A stretch of 62,205 bases of DNA, the filler included, from Choristocarpus tenellus KU-1152 (Eukaryota; Protista; Phaeophyceae), in the NCBI GenBank assembly GCA_964200185.2. It is 11 parts of 11 records of this genome, joined end to end, with 100 filler letters (N's around TTAATTAATTAA, not from the genome) between each part and the next. Parts side by side here need not be neighbours in the genome. Positions count along the whole stretch, not along the records: positions 27,223 to 32,490 come from CAXNAD020011310.1; positions 32,591 to 37,340 come from CAXNAD020013206.1; positions 37,441 to 52,155 come from CAXNAD020001129.1; 8 more parts are not named here. One strand, 5' to 3'. Both the position numbers and the translations under genes were made by a program. Below the pieces are notes generated by a model. The model did not search any database and was not told the DNA's origin. It was given only the letters and a program-made list of their open reading frames with translations. Shown here in pieces: positions 27,330 to 38,963 of this stretch (position 1 is its first letter; the number at the start of each line of letters is the position of its first letter).

Positions 27330-29930
27330 AATACTGCATCCTTTCGGATTTGCCGCGTGCAATGTACCGTTACCTGTTTTGATTAAGGTGCGGTAGGCCG
27401 GTGCTACCTCCTCAGAGAGTAGTACTGTGCCAAAAAGCAGACGAAATGTAGTTCCCACCTCCTGCACCTATGTCAAGGAGTATCTGTACAGGCATTCTGG
27501 AGCGGACTTTGCGAGGGTGCTATAGCAGCGCAGATAGCCATACTTGACTTGTTCCTTGGGCAGTTGACATAGTGGATATTGTCGAAGTGGGTGTGGGGGT
27601 CATGCTTCCTATTGCTACCGTGTCTAAGTTCCCTGGAGCTGAAGTCTCCAGGGCGCACATTCAGGGCAACTCGGGTGCTTCAAAATCGGTCGGGCTGCTT
27701 GCAAATAGTGGTGGAAACTCAAAGTCCTGCATTGTGGCAAGGTAATGAAAATGGTAGTCTGTCAAGGCTACCATAGTACGCGACTCATTCGCTGGGGTAG
27801 TACTTTGCTTGTCTTGGGAAAGATTTGCGAAGTAACCCTTAGGTACTATGGAGTCGTCGTGGGTATACCTGCACCTGCAGCTGATAGACTTGAAGCAGTC
27901 GCGACCAAAAGCGTGGTGGAAGCAAATGTGCCTTGAGCCACTCGACAACCTCGTCTTGGGAAGCAGATGGTGAAGGTAAACCCTTACCCGAATGGTGTCG
28001 ACCTGCATCGCTTGCTCTGTCTGTGGCTAAAGAAGACTTGGATCGGGGCACAGACTGGGTGGCGGGTGTTGCTGGTCGAACGGGTACGGATGCATTGCTC
28101 TTAGAAACGAACGTGGTCCCATGTTTCCCAGGAGCAGAAGCAGATTGGTTTGTCAACGCAGTACAGACAGTGGGCAGAGAGTTTTGGGACAAAACAGGTT
28201 GGAGCATCAGTGCGAGGGCCACCAGCACAATGTTGACCACCTCTTGGTGTGGTTGGTGGTGGACTCTGGCTTGGAACCTCTCGTGGCAAGGATGTCCTGC
28301 TATGTTGGGGCAGTACTAGTTCCTGTCTGCCTATCGGGATTTCAACTGGGGTAGGCAAAGGGTCGGACATGCTTGCAAATATAGCACTAGCATTAGCCAT
28401 GCTACCTAAAGCTAAAGCAATAGGTGTCTTATCTTTGTACGACGCAGATTTTGTAGCATTTTGATTGGTTGGGACAAATGCGCACTGGTCGTTACAATTG
28501 GACAATTCTTCGATTAGATCGTCAAAGATCCGTTTTGCTTTAATTCCCCGCTGTACCATTTCATCTCCTAAAGGATTATTCTGGGAAATTGCCAGTGGCG
28601 AATTTGACTCCGAATCTCCTTTCGAAATGAAAATGCCATCGACTGTACACCGATCTGATCTAGAACATTGGGAAGAAGAATAGGAAGAGCTCGTCCGCAT
28701 AGATTAATGAGTTGGTCTTCAGCTATATACCTCCAAAAGAAAGTTGTCTCGCAAACATGAGGCATCCGCTAATCTATGGTGTACGCTCGATAGTGTAAGA
28801 CAAGATGGTTGGCTGCAGCTTTCCAAGATTCTCCCCTCTCGGTCCTTAAAGAAATCATTGCATTCTTTACGGCGTTTTTCGACTGACTATAAGAAAGAGT
28901 ACATTCTCCCACCAGGATACGAACCCACTCAGTTGCTCTCGTGTCTTCCCGAGGAACCCGAAGGAGTTGCTCGGTGGCGCTCGGGACTTCCACTGTGTAT
29001 GAGTAGCTTAGGAGATCACTGTGGGTCCTAAGAGAGTCAGACAGTAGTTGCTCAAGAAGCTCGATGCGGAAAGGGGTTAGGGCATTACTATGTGGGCGTG
29101 ATGTATTACGATAGTGGGAATGGTCCTTGGGTAAGGCCCACGATCCTCCTTGAACCAACCCTAAAGCCTTGGTAAGAGCGTTTAACGAAAAAAACGGGGT
29201 TGTTTGACATGGTTGGGGCGGAGTTATTTGCAGGTACTCCAAGAAAGATGGGGCCATTGACAGGGTCTCCGAGTTTCTTATGAATGCATTCCATGGTTTT
29301 AACACAGTCTTGATGACGCATGTCGAGGTTGCGAAAGGCTCCGTCTCGCTGCTGCCTACTGGATTGTGACTCATTCGACTCAGCTCATGTACGCAACTCA
29401 TGAATTTCTCTTCGCAACTGCACCTCGACCTCTCTGGACCGACGTACCATACTCAGGCTATTCCTCCAAAATGGTCTGGGTGATACAGACCTGTGTGAAG
29501 AATAATAATCACTGGTCCGACGGTGACATCGAGGTGAATGGGTGCGACCTCTGCATTCTTCTCTGGTCCTCCATGCGCTTCGATGAGAGCACCTGTCCCG
29601 GGATCTCGACCTGGAGCGAGATCTGCCACGAGTGGAAGACCGAAAATGAACGTGCTCTCTGCTCCTGCCTCGACGTTCAGCAGCGTGGACACAGCTGCGA
29701 CCAGAATTGCCTTGAGGTGTAGTACTGGACTGGAATCTCTCGGAATTATTGATTCCTTGGAGAATCTGCAGGTCAGGGGTGACCTCAACTTCTCGCGAAT
29801 ACTGTGAGTCAGACATGTCTGTGAACCTGGGAGCTAAAGGGCAAGGTGGCAACCAAAAGAGAACAGGGGTGTGTGAGTAGATGAATGCACAACAATACCT
29901 AGGCAACGTCTCGACCATGGCGGTCAAAGA
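27330..29930 (-). mobile_element. Degenerate LTR retrotransposon gag-protease region, probably Ty3/Gypsy
   Basis: Broken collinear minus-strand ORFs (29385-29927, 28769-29401, 28101-28700, 27661-28240) are gag-like. They are followed by MPVQILLDIGAGGGNYISSAFW at about 27430-27495, an aspartic-protease D(T/S)G motif mutated to DIG. Confidence 0.65.
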
Positions 29931-30800
29931 CCACTCATTTTATGACTATAGGCGAATGATGCGGCAATCAGAGTCCACTTGTTTTACAGCAATAGAAGGG
30001 CGATTCCCTCGGAGCCACAGAAGCCATCACACCCATGAAGACGACGAGCCCAAGAAGGAAATTCCATAGACCACGAATGAAGACCCCAAACCCTAGTGGG
30101 AAAAGAAAATAATCCAGGCGAACGTAGGAAGCTACAAAGAATCCTAAGTGTTGAGGTGAATACGGGGTATTCTCTTCAGTTTGAAGAGAGGCGGTAGGAC
30201 CTCCATGCTACAGCATACCCCTGAACTCACCTCCACAGGATGTGTAACTCGAATCCAACGACCTTAGAACGACGCTATGGGGGCGTTGCCCTTGGTAACA
30301 GTCTGTAGGGTGTCAGGTAGCCTTCTCTCTTGATAATCCACTCAGTGCTTAGCTCAAGGCTCGACTCAAAGTTTCGTTCAAGATAAAAGACTGGTAAGAG
30401 GGGTAAAAGTGTTTGCACTAAAAGCCCTCTTATTATTTTCATCATCATCCATCCAATTTCTTTGGTCTTCTATGCAACTGCTCTATACGCACTCCAATCA
30501 TAAACCTTTATTCTGCAACTTCTTAGGAACTTCGACTTTTTTCTTCTGTAATGATATGTATGCATTCCGAATCTTACTCTGTATCTTCTATGAAATCACC
30601 ATTTGTTCTGTAAGGCTACCTATGTGTTGCTAATATCGTATATTGTTCGCACTTGTTAGGACACGAGAAACAATCCTCGCACTATTTGTCTGTCACAAAC
30701 GTTTGAGCATGAGAAGAAGTGCTCGTGCTATTCGCGTGTAACAAATGCTCGCACTTTGTTAGAACACAGAAGAAATGCTCGCGCTAATTCGCCTGTAACA

Positions 30801-31720
30801 TAACGATCTAGCTGAACGTCAGTGCATAACCATCTTCTCAAGAGTCTGTTGGTCATCAACATCACCGACCTTCCCGAACAACTTTGGTCTGAAGCCATAG
30901 AGACTGCCTCCCACCTCGCCAACCTCTTCCCCACCTCCACCCTCAACTAGTCACCCCCTACCACGCCTGGCATTCCCGCGACCCTGACCTCTCCCACCTC
31001 CATGTTTTTTGCACAAGAGCCTATGTCCACAACGATCGTGCCTGTGGAGGTAAATTGGCACCAACGGCCTGGGAGGGATATTTAGTAGGCTACAGTAGTC
31101 ACAGCACCGGGTACTGCATCTGGAAACCACACACCAATCGGATACTGAACATCTTCCATGTCGCATTCATTGAAGACCACCATCACCCACCCCCCCCACC
31201 GATATCTGCTCGGTCCCAGACTCACCCACCCTCATTGCCACCGTGTCACCACTCTTGCCCTCCATCCCACCCCTGCCTGATCCATACCGCCAGAAGCTGA
31301 CCACGCCTGGCACCGCAAACATACCAACTGCACCCTTTCCACTTGATTTTCCCCAAGCAAATGCCTCACCTCGCACTGACCACTTTGCCCCACAGCCTCA
31401 CCAACCCAATACCCTTGTCCACCCCCTCTCACCCTCCCTCATCCTCCATCCCACCACTTTACTTTAACTCCAGCCCTCTCCCTCACATCCACCCCCACTC
31501 TTGCTCAATTCCACAAACTTTGTCACCTCAGTCCACAACAACTCTGGACTTCACATCGAGGCTTCCACAATTCTTTATGACCATCCTGGCATCATTGCTG
31601 GGGCATCCTCAGTCACCACTCACTTTACACCACCCTCTAAACCTCATTTGTCCATGCGTTTCTCCTTCACACCCCCTCCAGCCCCATTGTCCCTGACCCT
31701 CCCTTCAACATTGTTCTCAT
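30801..31720 (+). mobile_element. Ty1/Copia pol relic (integrase C-terminus plus Pro-rich linker)
   Basis: LPEQLWSEAIETASHLANLFPTSTLN*SPPYHAWHSRDPDLSHLHVF..RAYVH....GKLAPTAWEGYLVGYSSHSTGYCIWKP...ILNIFHVAFIE is a classic Copia signature, here with an internal stop. Confidence 0.85.
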
Positions 31721-33110
31721 CGATTATTGGTCTCACACAGCTGGCAAGGGGGACGCTCGAGTCATTTATGACAAAGTTGCCGAGGAACACAGAACAAAGC
31801 ATGCCATCAAGACTATGATAACCTCCAGTGACTTTTCCTTTATCTGTACTGTAGTCGGTTGGATTAATGTTGTCCCCAGCATTTTTACCATAGGCCTTGT
31901 TCTCAGCTGATGGATTGACCTCCTCCCCGATGGTTGACACAGACCTAGTTATCAACAAAGCTGAATCAGTCAGAGTCATTACTTTTGGTCACGGCTTGTC
32001 GTTTTGGGTAAGAACATAGTGCATTTCTTTGGGGGAACCACGAGGCGCACAAAATGAGCACCATCAGAGTAATGGAGACTATTTGAGGGACAGAAAACAA
32101 GACAGTGACTCCTAAACAAACTTCCGATGTAGGGAGGAATTTGTTTGAACTTCTACAAGCTGTGGCCAAGACAGGACGCTCAGTGAAGAAACACTACTGC
32201 ACCGTTAAAACAACAGAGGACCATGCAATATTTTGCATAACATGCCCTACTGGGGTCTAGATCAGTTTGGGAAAGCTTAGGTTGACTGCATTACATGGAT
32301 ATGCAGTGGTTCCTCACTGTTTTTGTGGCGACTGGCGGATCAGAAAGGACTTTGAGCTCAAAGGGGAAAGGGGGGTTGGGTCTAGAAGCACTTAGTGGAC
32401 AGACGCGTATCATTCGTTATTCAAGCTCTGTTTAAACAAACACTTCACAAATTCCAACTGCCGGGTAACTCAAAGTATCTGGGCGGGGGGNNNNNNNNNN
32501 NNNNNNNNNNNNNNNNNNNNNNNNNNNNNNNNNNTTAATTAATTAANNNNNNNNNNNNNNNNNNNNNNNNNNNNNNNNNNNNNNNNNNNNGGTGTGGTCG
32601 GTCCCGGGTGGGGGGGGGGGGGGGGGGGGTTACTAGATGCTTGCAAGTTTTGTCTTTTTTTTTTGTTTCATGGAGATGTATGTTACACAATTTTATTTTC
32701 CACAAGAATGAGGAGGCCTGTTTGTTTCCCTTTGCATGTCGGTACTTTTTCAAACCGTGTGCTCTGTAGCGTTGTGAAGAGGAGCTCCAGAGCACTTCTG
32801 TGAGGGTGGAACTTCCTTGGTCGGTCGCTCGTTTGTGTTGGTTCTGGGTTTCCAACTTGGCATTTTTTTTTTCTCTCTCTCTCTCTCAACGGCTTGCTAC
32901 GGGATTTTGGTTGTTCTGTCTTGTAGAGTGTGGCGTTGTTCTGTCTCGTCAGCTACGCTCACCTGTTCGATCTCAGTCGTAGTGGTGTAGAAGCAAAAAG
33001 AGTTGTAATGGAGGCCCCCACGTTAACCATTTTTTTTCCGGTGTGTGTGTGTGTGTGTGTGTGTGTTTTAAACCCGTTGTTGCCCTTCACCTTTCCTCCC
33101 TGACGTTCAG

Positions 33111-34749
33111 TGCTCGTTGGCTCTGCTCGTGGAGACTAGAAATAACGCCTCCGAAGTGTTTCCACGCGACCACATCGTGAACCGATGGCGCTTTGAGCTC
33201 AAGGAGGGAGACCTCGTGGACGCGAGGTGAGGAGGGATCCTTCTTCTAAATTATTTATTTTCCTCAGAACACTTAAAAAACAAAACAAAACAAAAAAACA
33301 AAACAAAAAACCGAACCGAACCGAACCGACTTTTTTTTTTCTTTTTTTTCGGTGTTTGGAGGTGCGAGCGAGTTTGCATTTCGTTTCTTTTATGTTTCTT
33401 TTATTTTTATTGATTTTTTTAAATTGCAGGAAATAAGAAAAAAACCCAACAAACAAAAGGTATCGGTTTGTTGTTTCACTTTAGAATGTTTTAGGTACTG
33501 GTGTTCCGTGAGTGTGTGCAAGTGAGAGTCGGTTGACTTGTTTTGTTTTATTTTATTTTAATTTAATTAATTAAATTAAATTAAATTTAATTTTGTTTTC
33601 TTTTTTTTCTTTTTTCCCTGTTGCTCGATGGCGGCACTTCAACAGTTACGTGTCGACGGCTTGACCATTACAGATTGTGGATTTAGGCTAAATCAAGTTC
33701 AGGATGATGATGAGTTTGGTTGGAGTGAGACCTCTGGGCGTTGCTTGCTGTAAGAGATTGATTTCTTACTTCGGTGTTGCCATTGAAAAGATTTATGTGT
33801 ATTTCTATCCTTATTAGTAGTGTATAATTACTATTGTTTTATTGTTGTGATTGTTACTAGTACTATTAGTACAATTATTATTATTATTATTATTATATTT
33901 TTTGTTAGTATAATTTTATTATGATATTTTTTGTTGCAACAATTATTATTGTTTTATCACTATTCATTTTATTATTATTTTATTATTTTATTATTTTATT
34001 CAATCTGTATTTGAAGGGTAGTCAGTCTGACGAACGGGGCATCAAGTGTTTCTAAAAAAGTTTGAATCAATGTTGAAAAAGAAAAAGAAACCCCCCCCCA
34101 AACATTAGATAGAAGGAGGTCTTTTTTTTTTAAAGCACGGCAGCAAAGATTTGAATCGACCGAACGTTGAATCAACCACTAGGAAGAGTCAACCTACCTA
34201 GTTAATGCTACCCAACAAGGGCAGTCATTCGGTGAAGAGAAGTCCAGGTATACTGGGCAATTACTACGGCGCCCTGTAGAGGGGACCAGACAGAGTGCGT
34301 CATTGATGTCATCACGCATTATTGCAAGGGGTACACTACTCTGTAAAAGGGGAAATAGAATGGGAAATTGAGTGAGCCCTGCCCCCCGAGTGCATTGAAT
34401 GTTGAATGTTGAATGTTGAAGCACTGTGAAGAGATGGTTGTGGTCGGGATGTTGATGCCAGCCGTCTGTGTAGTTGGTGTTGCTTTCCCTCCGGCGGTTT
34501 CGTTTTTGGTGGTGCGACAGAGATAGCCCTAACCTTCCTTAGCCCTAATCCTTCCTTAGCCCTAATCCTTCCTTAGCCCTAATCCTTCCTTAGCACTAAT
34601 CCTTCCTTAGCCCTAATCCTTCCTTAGCACTAATCCTTCCTTAGCCCTAATCCTTCCTGACCTATTGTTTTCATCCTTCCTTTTTTTTAAAAGGAGGTAT
34701 TTCAGTTTTAACCAAGCGGTGTGAAACGAAAGGATGTCTTGATATCGTG

Positions 34750-34805
<56 letters not shown>

Positions 34806-36627
34806 GTCCTGGTCCTTTTTGTTTTTGTTGATGTTGAAGATTGGTGTTTGTGTTTGTTTTTAAGAAGGTGGGGGGGGAGGGGGGACTTAGGGATGTTCAA
34901 ATCTGTAGTTGATGTAACAGTGTGAGTGACGCTGTTGTGCTGTGAATTTTTTTCCTGTTGACTCAAGTAGCATTCATTCGCCGTTTGCGCAATAATTTTG
35001 TACCTGATTAGAAGTGTTGAGGCTATCAACCGTATAGATCAATGATATAGTTGAATAGACCTCTCAGTCACAGTTTGAATGTTGATATTTTTTGATGTCG
35101 TGGAGGGGGGATGTATGTGTGGGGGTGGGGTGCCCGATGTGATCATTTGACTTTTTTCAAACGAGAACTGAGAAATGAGAACATCTTGAAAGTGATGCTC
35201 GTCAACATGCATGTTTTGCTGAACATCTTGTTGTTGATGTTGTTGATGTTGTTGATGATGGTGATGGTGATGGTGATGATGATCAGAGACATTTATAATA
35301 AGTGGTTTGAGGCAAAGGTGGTGGGGCTGGACTGTGTTGACGAGAACGGAGCTACCAATCAGATCAAGGTGTGATTAGATGTATTTATATATTCATGTAT
35401 TCATACCCTGTGTGTGTGTGTGTGTGTGTGTGTGTTTAATGTAAATATATCTGTGAGGGTGGAGAGGGGAGCGGAGGTGTTGTGTTGGAGTGTTTTGTTG
35501 TAGTTGTAGGTCAAGGCTAGGGTTAGGGTTAGGGTTAGGGCTAGGGCTAGGGCTAAGATAACTGGAGGTATGTGTTAGGGTTAGGGCTAAGATTAAGGGA
35601 GGTGAGAGTTGGGGTTATGGTTAAGAATGCTGGAGGTAAGAATTAGGGTTGAGATTAGGGTTGGAGTTTTAAGGTTAGGGGAGAGGAGTGATGAGAGTTA
35701 TTTGTAATGCATGTCAAATTTTGTGATTTTTTTTAAAGGTAATGTAATCCATGTAAATAAAAAAAGGAGCTAGTTGTGTGACTTTTGTTTCATGCTGTGT
35801 TCCCCGATTTTTTGTCTCTGTGAAGTGAACCTCTTTTTCTCTTTTCTTTTTCCTATGTATTTTTTATGTGTTGACTCTTTTTTTATTATGTCGTAGTATT
35901 TGCAATCAATTTTTATTTTCTAATTAGCCTCATTTTTTTTTTTCTTCTACGAGGGAACTCTTGTTCTGTTGGAGTTTGACTCATACATTGCCATATGTTG
36001 TAGGTACAAATGACTGCAGCAGCCTTTTCTGCTCTACTCTACTCTTCCTCCTCCACCTCTCCCGCCCCCTGCCCCCTCGCCCGCCCCCCTGCCCCCTCCA
36101 TGTCTTTTGCAGGTCCACTTCCTGGGGTGGACAGACAGATGGGATCAGGTAATGAGTCGTACCACAGAGGATCTACAGAGGCTGCACTCGGTCACCACAA
36201 AATGGCGTGAGGTCAGCAAGTGGAAGGGAGGGGTAGGGGGAGGGGGAGTGGGAGGGGGAGGTGTGGGAGGTAGAGTTGTGGCGTAATAGAGGGAGTTTGA
36301 CAAGAGGCGTCCAGGAGGAGGCAATGTATTTAGTACCTAAAATGCTGTAATTGGCGTTCTTTCAATCGTATCGCCATATACGTCCTTCTCGATGAGATAC
36401 CGTGTGTTTTCCTTTTGTTGTTGTTGGTTAGAAAGAAAAAAATAAATTTGATTTTTTGAATATGTACTTATTATTATTTGTGTGTGTGTGTGTGTGTGCA
36501 GGAGTTGAGAGTAGGTTCCGTCTTGGATGCTCGTTCGAAGGATGGAAATGCTGTGAGGTGGTTTGAGGGCATGGTGGAAGAGCTATCGGAAGAGCTATCG
36601 GAAGAAGGAGGTGTCAAGCGCATCAAG
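33111..36627 (+). CDS. Protein with tandem Tudor/MBT/chromo-barrel-like domains, internal fragment (possibly a ubiquitin-specific protease); exons 33111-33226, 35287-35368, 36113-36211, 36502-36627
   Basis: Spliced: WRFELKEGDLVDAR/DIYNKWFEAKVV...QIK/VHFLGWTDRWDQ...KWRE/ELRVGSVLDARSKDGNAVRWFEGMV...KRIK. It contains two G..(V/L)DA....W(F/Y)E..V repeats and a VHF.GW...WD motif. The USP assignment is inference. Confidence 0.8.
34524..34657. repeat. 17-bp tandem repeat (TAGCCCTAATCCTTCCT), about 8 copies
   Basis: Directly visible; contains the CCCTAA telomere-like core. Confidence 0.9.
34749..34803. repeat. (AAT)n microsatellite; (GT)n tracts also at about 33041-33066, 35409-35435 and 36479-36498
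   Basis: Directly visible. Confidence 0.95.
35515..35680 (+). repeat. Interstitial telomere-like (TTAGGG/CTAGGG)n tract
   Basis: GGCTAGGGTTAGGGTTAGGGTTAGGGCTAGGGCTAGGGCTA followed by degenerate copies. Confidence 0.8.
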
Positions 36628-38963
36628 GTCAGTTTGGTCTTGAGAAGCTTAGGCACACAGAGGCCCTCTCCCTGTGTGTGTACTTGTGTGTACTTGTGTG
36701 TACTTGTGTGTACTTGTGTTTTTTTTGTTTTGTTTTGCAGTTTTTTTTTTCTCTGTGGTGTGCAGATTTTTTTTTTCAAATTTTTGTTGGTCCAATGTTT
36801 TTTGGTATCGTGTAGTTGTGTTGTGGTGCTGTGTTTTTATGAGTTTGTAGTGTGTTACTACTGTACTGTGTTGTGTTGTGTTGTTTTAGTGTCATATTCC
36901 ACCTTATACAGTAGTATCTGGTTGTGTGGAGAAGTAGAGTGTTGTGCTGGTTAGCTCTTTTCATGTCTGCATTCACGCCTTACTCCATACAAAACTCAAT
37001 AGGTTGTCTAAGCCATTCAGTATGGGATATGGCACTCTCTCTCAATGAAGAAATGAAATTTAAGCAATAAAAATTGGTCTAGCACAAAACAAATTAGACT
37101 GTACTCAGAAACTAACAATAGTATTTTTTAAAGGCTATGAACAATACTGTGCATTGAAATTTCGACTGCCAAAGAAATAGAGGAGGTAATTTTAAATACT
37201 CTAAAGAAAGCATTAGAGACATACGGTTTCCGTGTTTTGGACTCTATAATTGTTCTTATTTTTATTGTGATTTTTGCCGCTGTTTTTCTATTCTCACACT
37301 TCCCCCCCCACCCCTGTGCCCCCGTATGCCCCTGCCCCTGNNNNNNNNNNNNNNNNNNNNNNNNNNNNNNNNNNNNNNNNNNNNTTAATTAATTAANNNN
37401 NNNNNNNNNNNNNNNNNNNNNNNNNNNNNNNNNNNNNNNNAAAACGGACGCCGACACCCCCCCCCAGATACTTTGACCCTAAAACACTGTTAACAATACA
37501 CTGCGTAAATGTTAGTGTTTGGAAACATGCTATTACATACCAGGTTCTTTAATACAATTTCTTCTTCTCTGCCTCGTTCCCTTTCCATCCTTCTATAGAT
37601 CTTTCTTCTACCGCTGTACTTTGTTTCTCCCCAAGTTTGCTGCGAGCAACACTGTGTGTGATGGTGGCGGTAGTGTATGCCTATCAAAAATCGGAATGAG
37701 GCTGCTCCAATGAGGACATTCAATGGCAAAGCTCCTTCCCTTATTTAAGGACTTGTTGCAGGGTCCAACTCGTGGGGCTTAGCTCATTGTTAGGTTGACA
37801 ATGGGCGGACTCCCGAAATGAGCATGCTTGGAGACAAGAAAGAACTTAGAGGCTGGATGTTCAACACACTGGTGGTCATGGTTCCATATGTTCTTTGTAC
37901 TTCCCCTTGTTCGCATAGGGTCACACGTTGTAGTACCGTACACACTCATTGTTGCTATTAGTATACATGACGTAAGAAAAGTCTTTGTAGCAAGATTGTG
38001 TGACTAGAATGATTAATGAGTGATGGAAAGGAACATTAGAATATCGTGATGTTTGAGTTATAGGAAATGTATTGTATAGTAATTTCTAAGATTGTTTGCT
38101 GGGATGATTTTGGAGGGTATGACAACACCCCCCTTTTTATGGGAAAGAGTCCCTCTTCGCTGTAAATCTTTCTGGTGATGCAGTACTTTCTTGTGGCGTG
38201 CAAACACCATTCCCTCTACCTCTGTAGTTAGTACAACTAAAAATAATACCAATGCTCACAACTATTTGAGGTCATTCTTAAGTTTGGATAGACCAGCCAA
38301 AATACCACCATCAATCGAATTGAACTGTTGGCACACGAGGTGGCATGAGGGAAAAACTCCGAAGCCTGCACAGGTCTCATCAGGCAGATCTGAAGTCACG
38401 AATAGTGAAAGTTGTAGTGAGTTGTGAGTAGTGACACCTTGTGAAGAATATGTGGTTCTTCTACAACTTTGGACATTGTTGTGTACTCATACTTCTGCTT
38501 GGACAAGTACATGGCAATCAGCAGATAACCATCCTCATGCAGCAAGAGACAAATGGCAGTACAAGGGATTATTCAGCTACTTGAGAGATGTGGGCAGATT
38601 TTCCTTTAAATTATTGTGGGAAAAATATCTATTTAGAAAAGAAGCAGTTGAACAACGGGATAATTGATGATTATAATCTTTCTGTTTTGAGTGATCAAGA
38701 GAACACTAACCGGGTTATTACAGTGCCGTAAGAAGTATCCTGGAAAAGGAATGTTGTAGCAAGTAACACAGATTGAGTGATGGGTTATTAGTGAGTAGGA
38801 ATGAGTGAAAGGTCTATCACCTCCCCCGCTTGGATGGTGTTTCTCACTCCAACTTTCTAACTACTACAACATAACTGAGAAGGAACTAACCCATACATTT
38901 CAATATCAAGACTTGGGGTCCTACACATTCTTTAACATTATGTGCCTCCATCAATGTTCCTCT

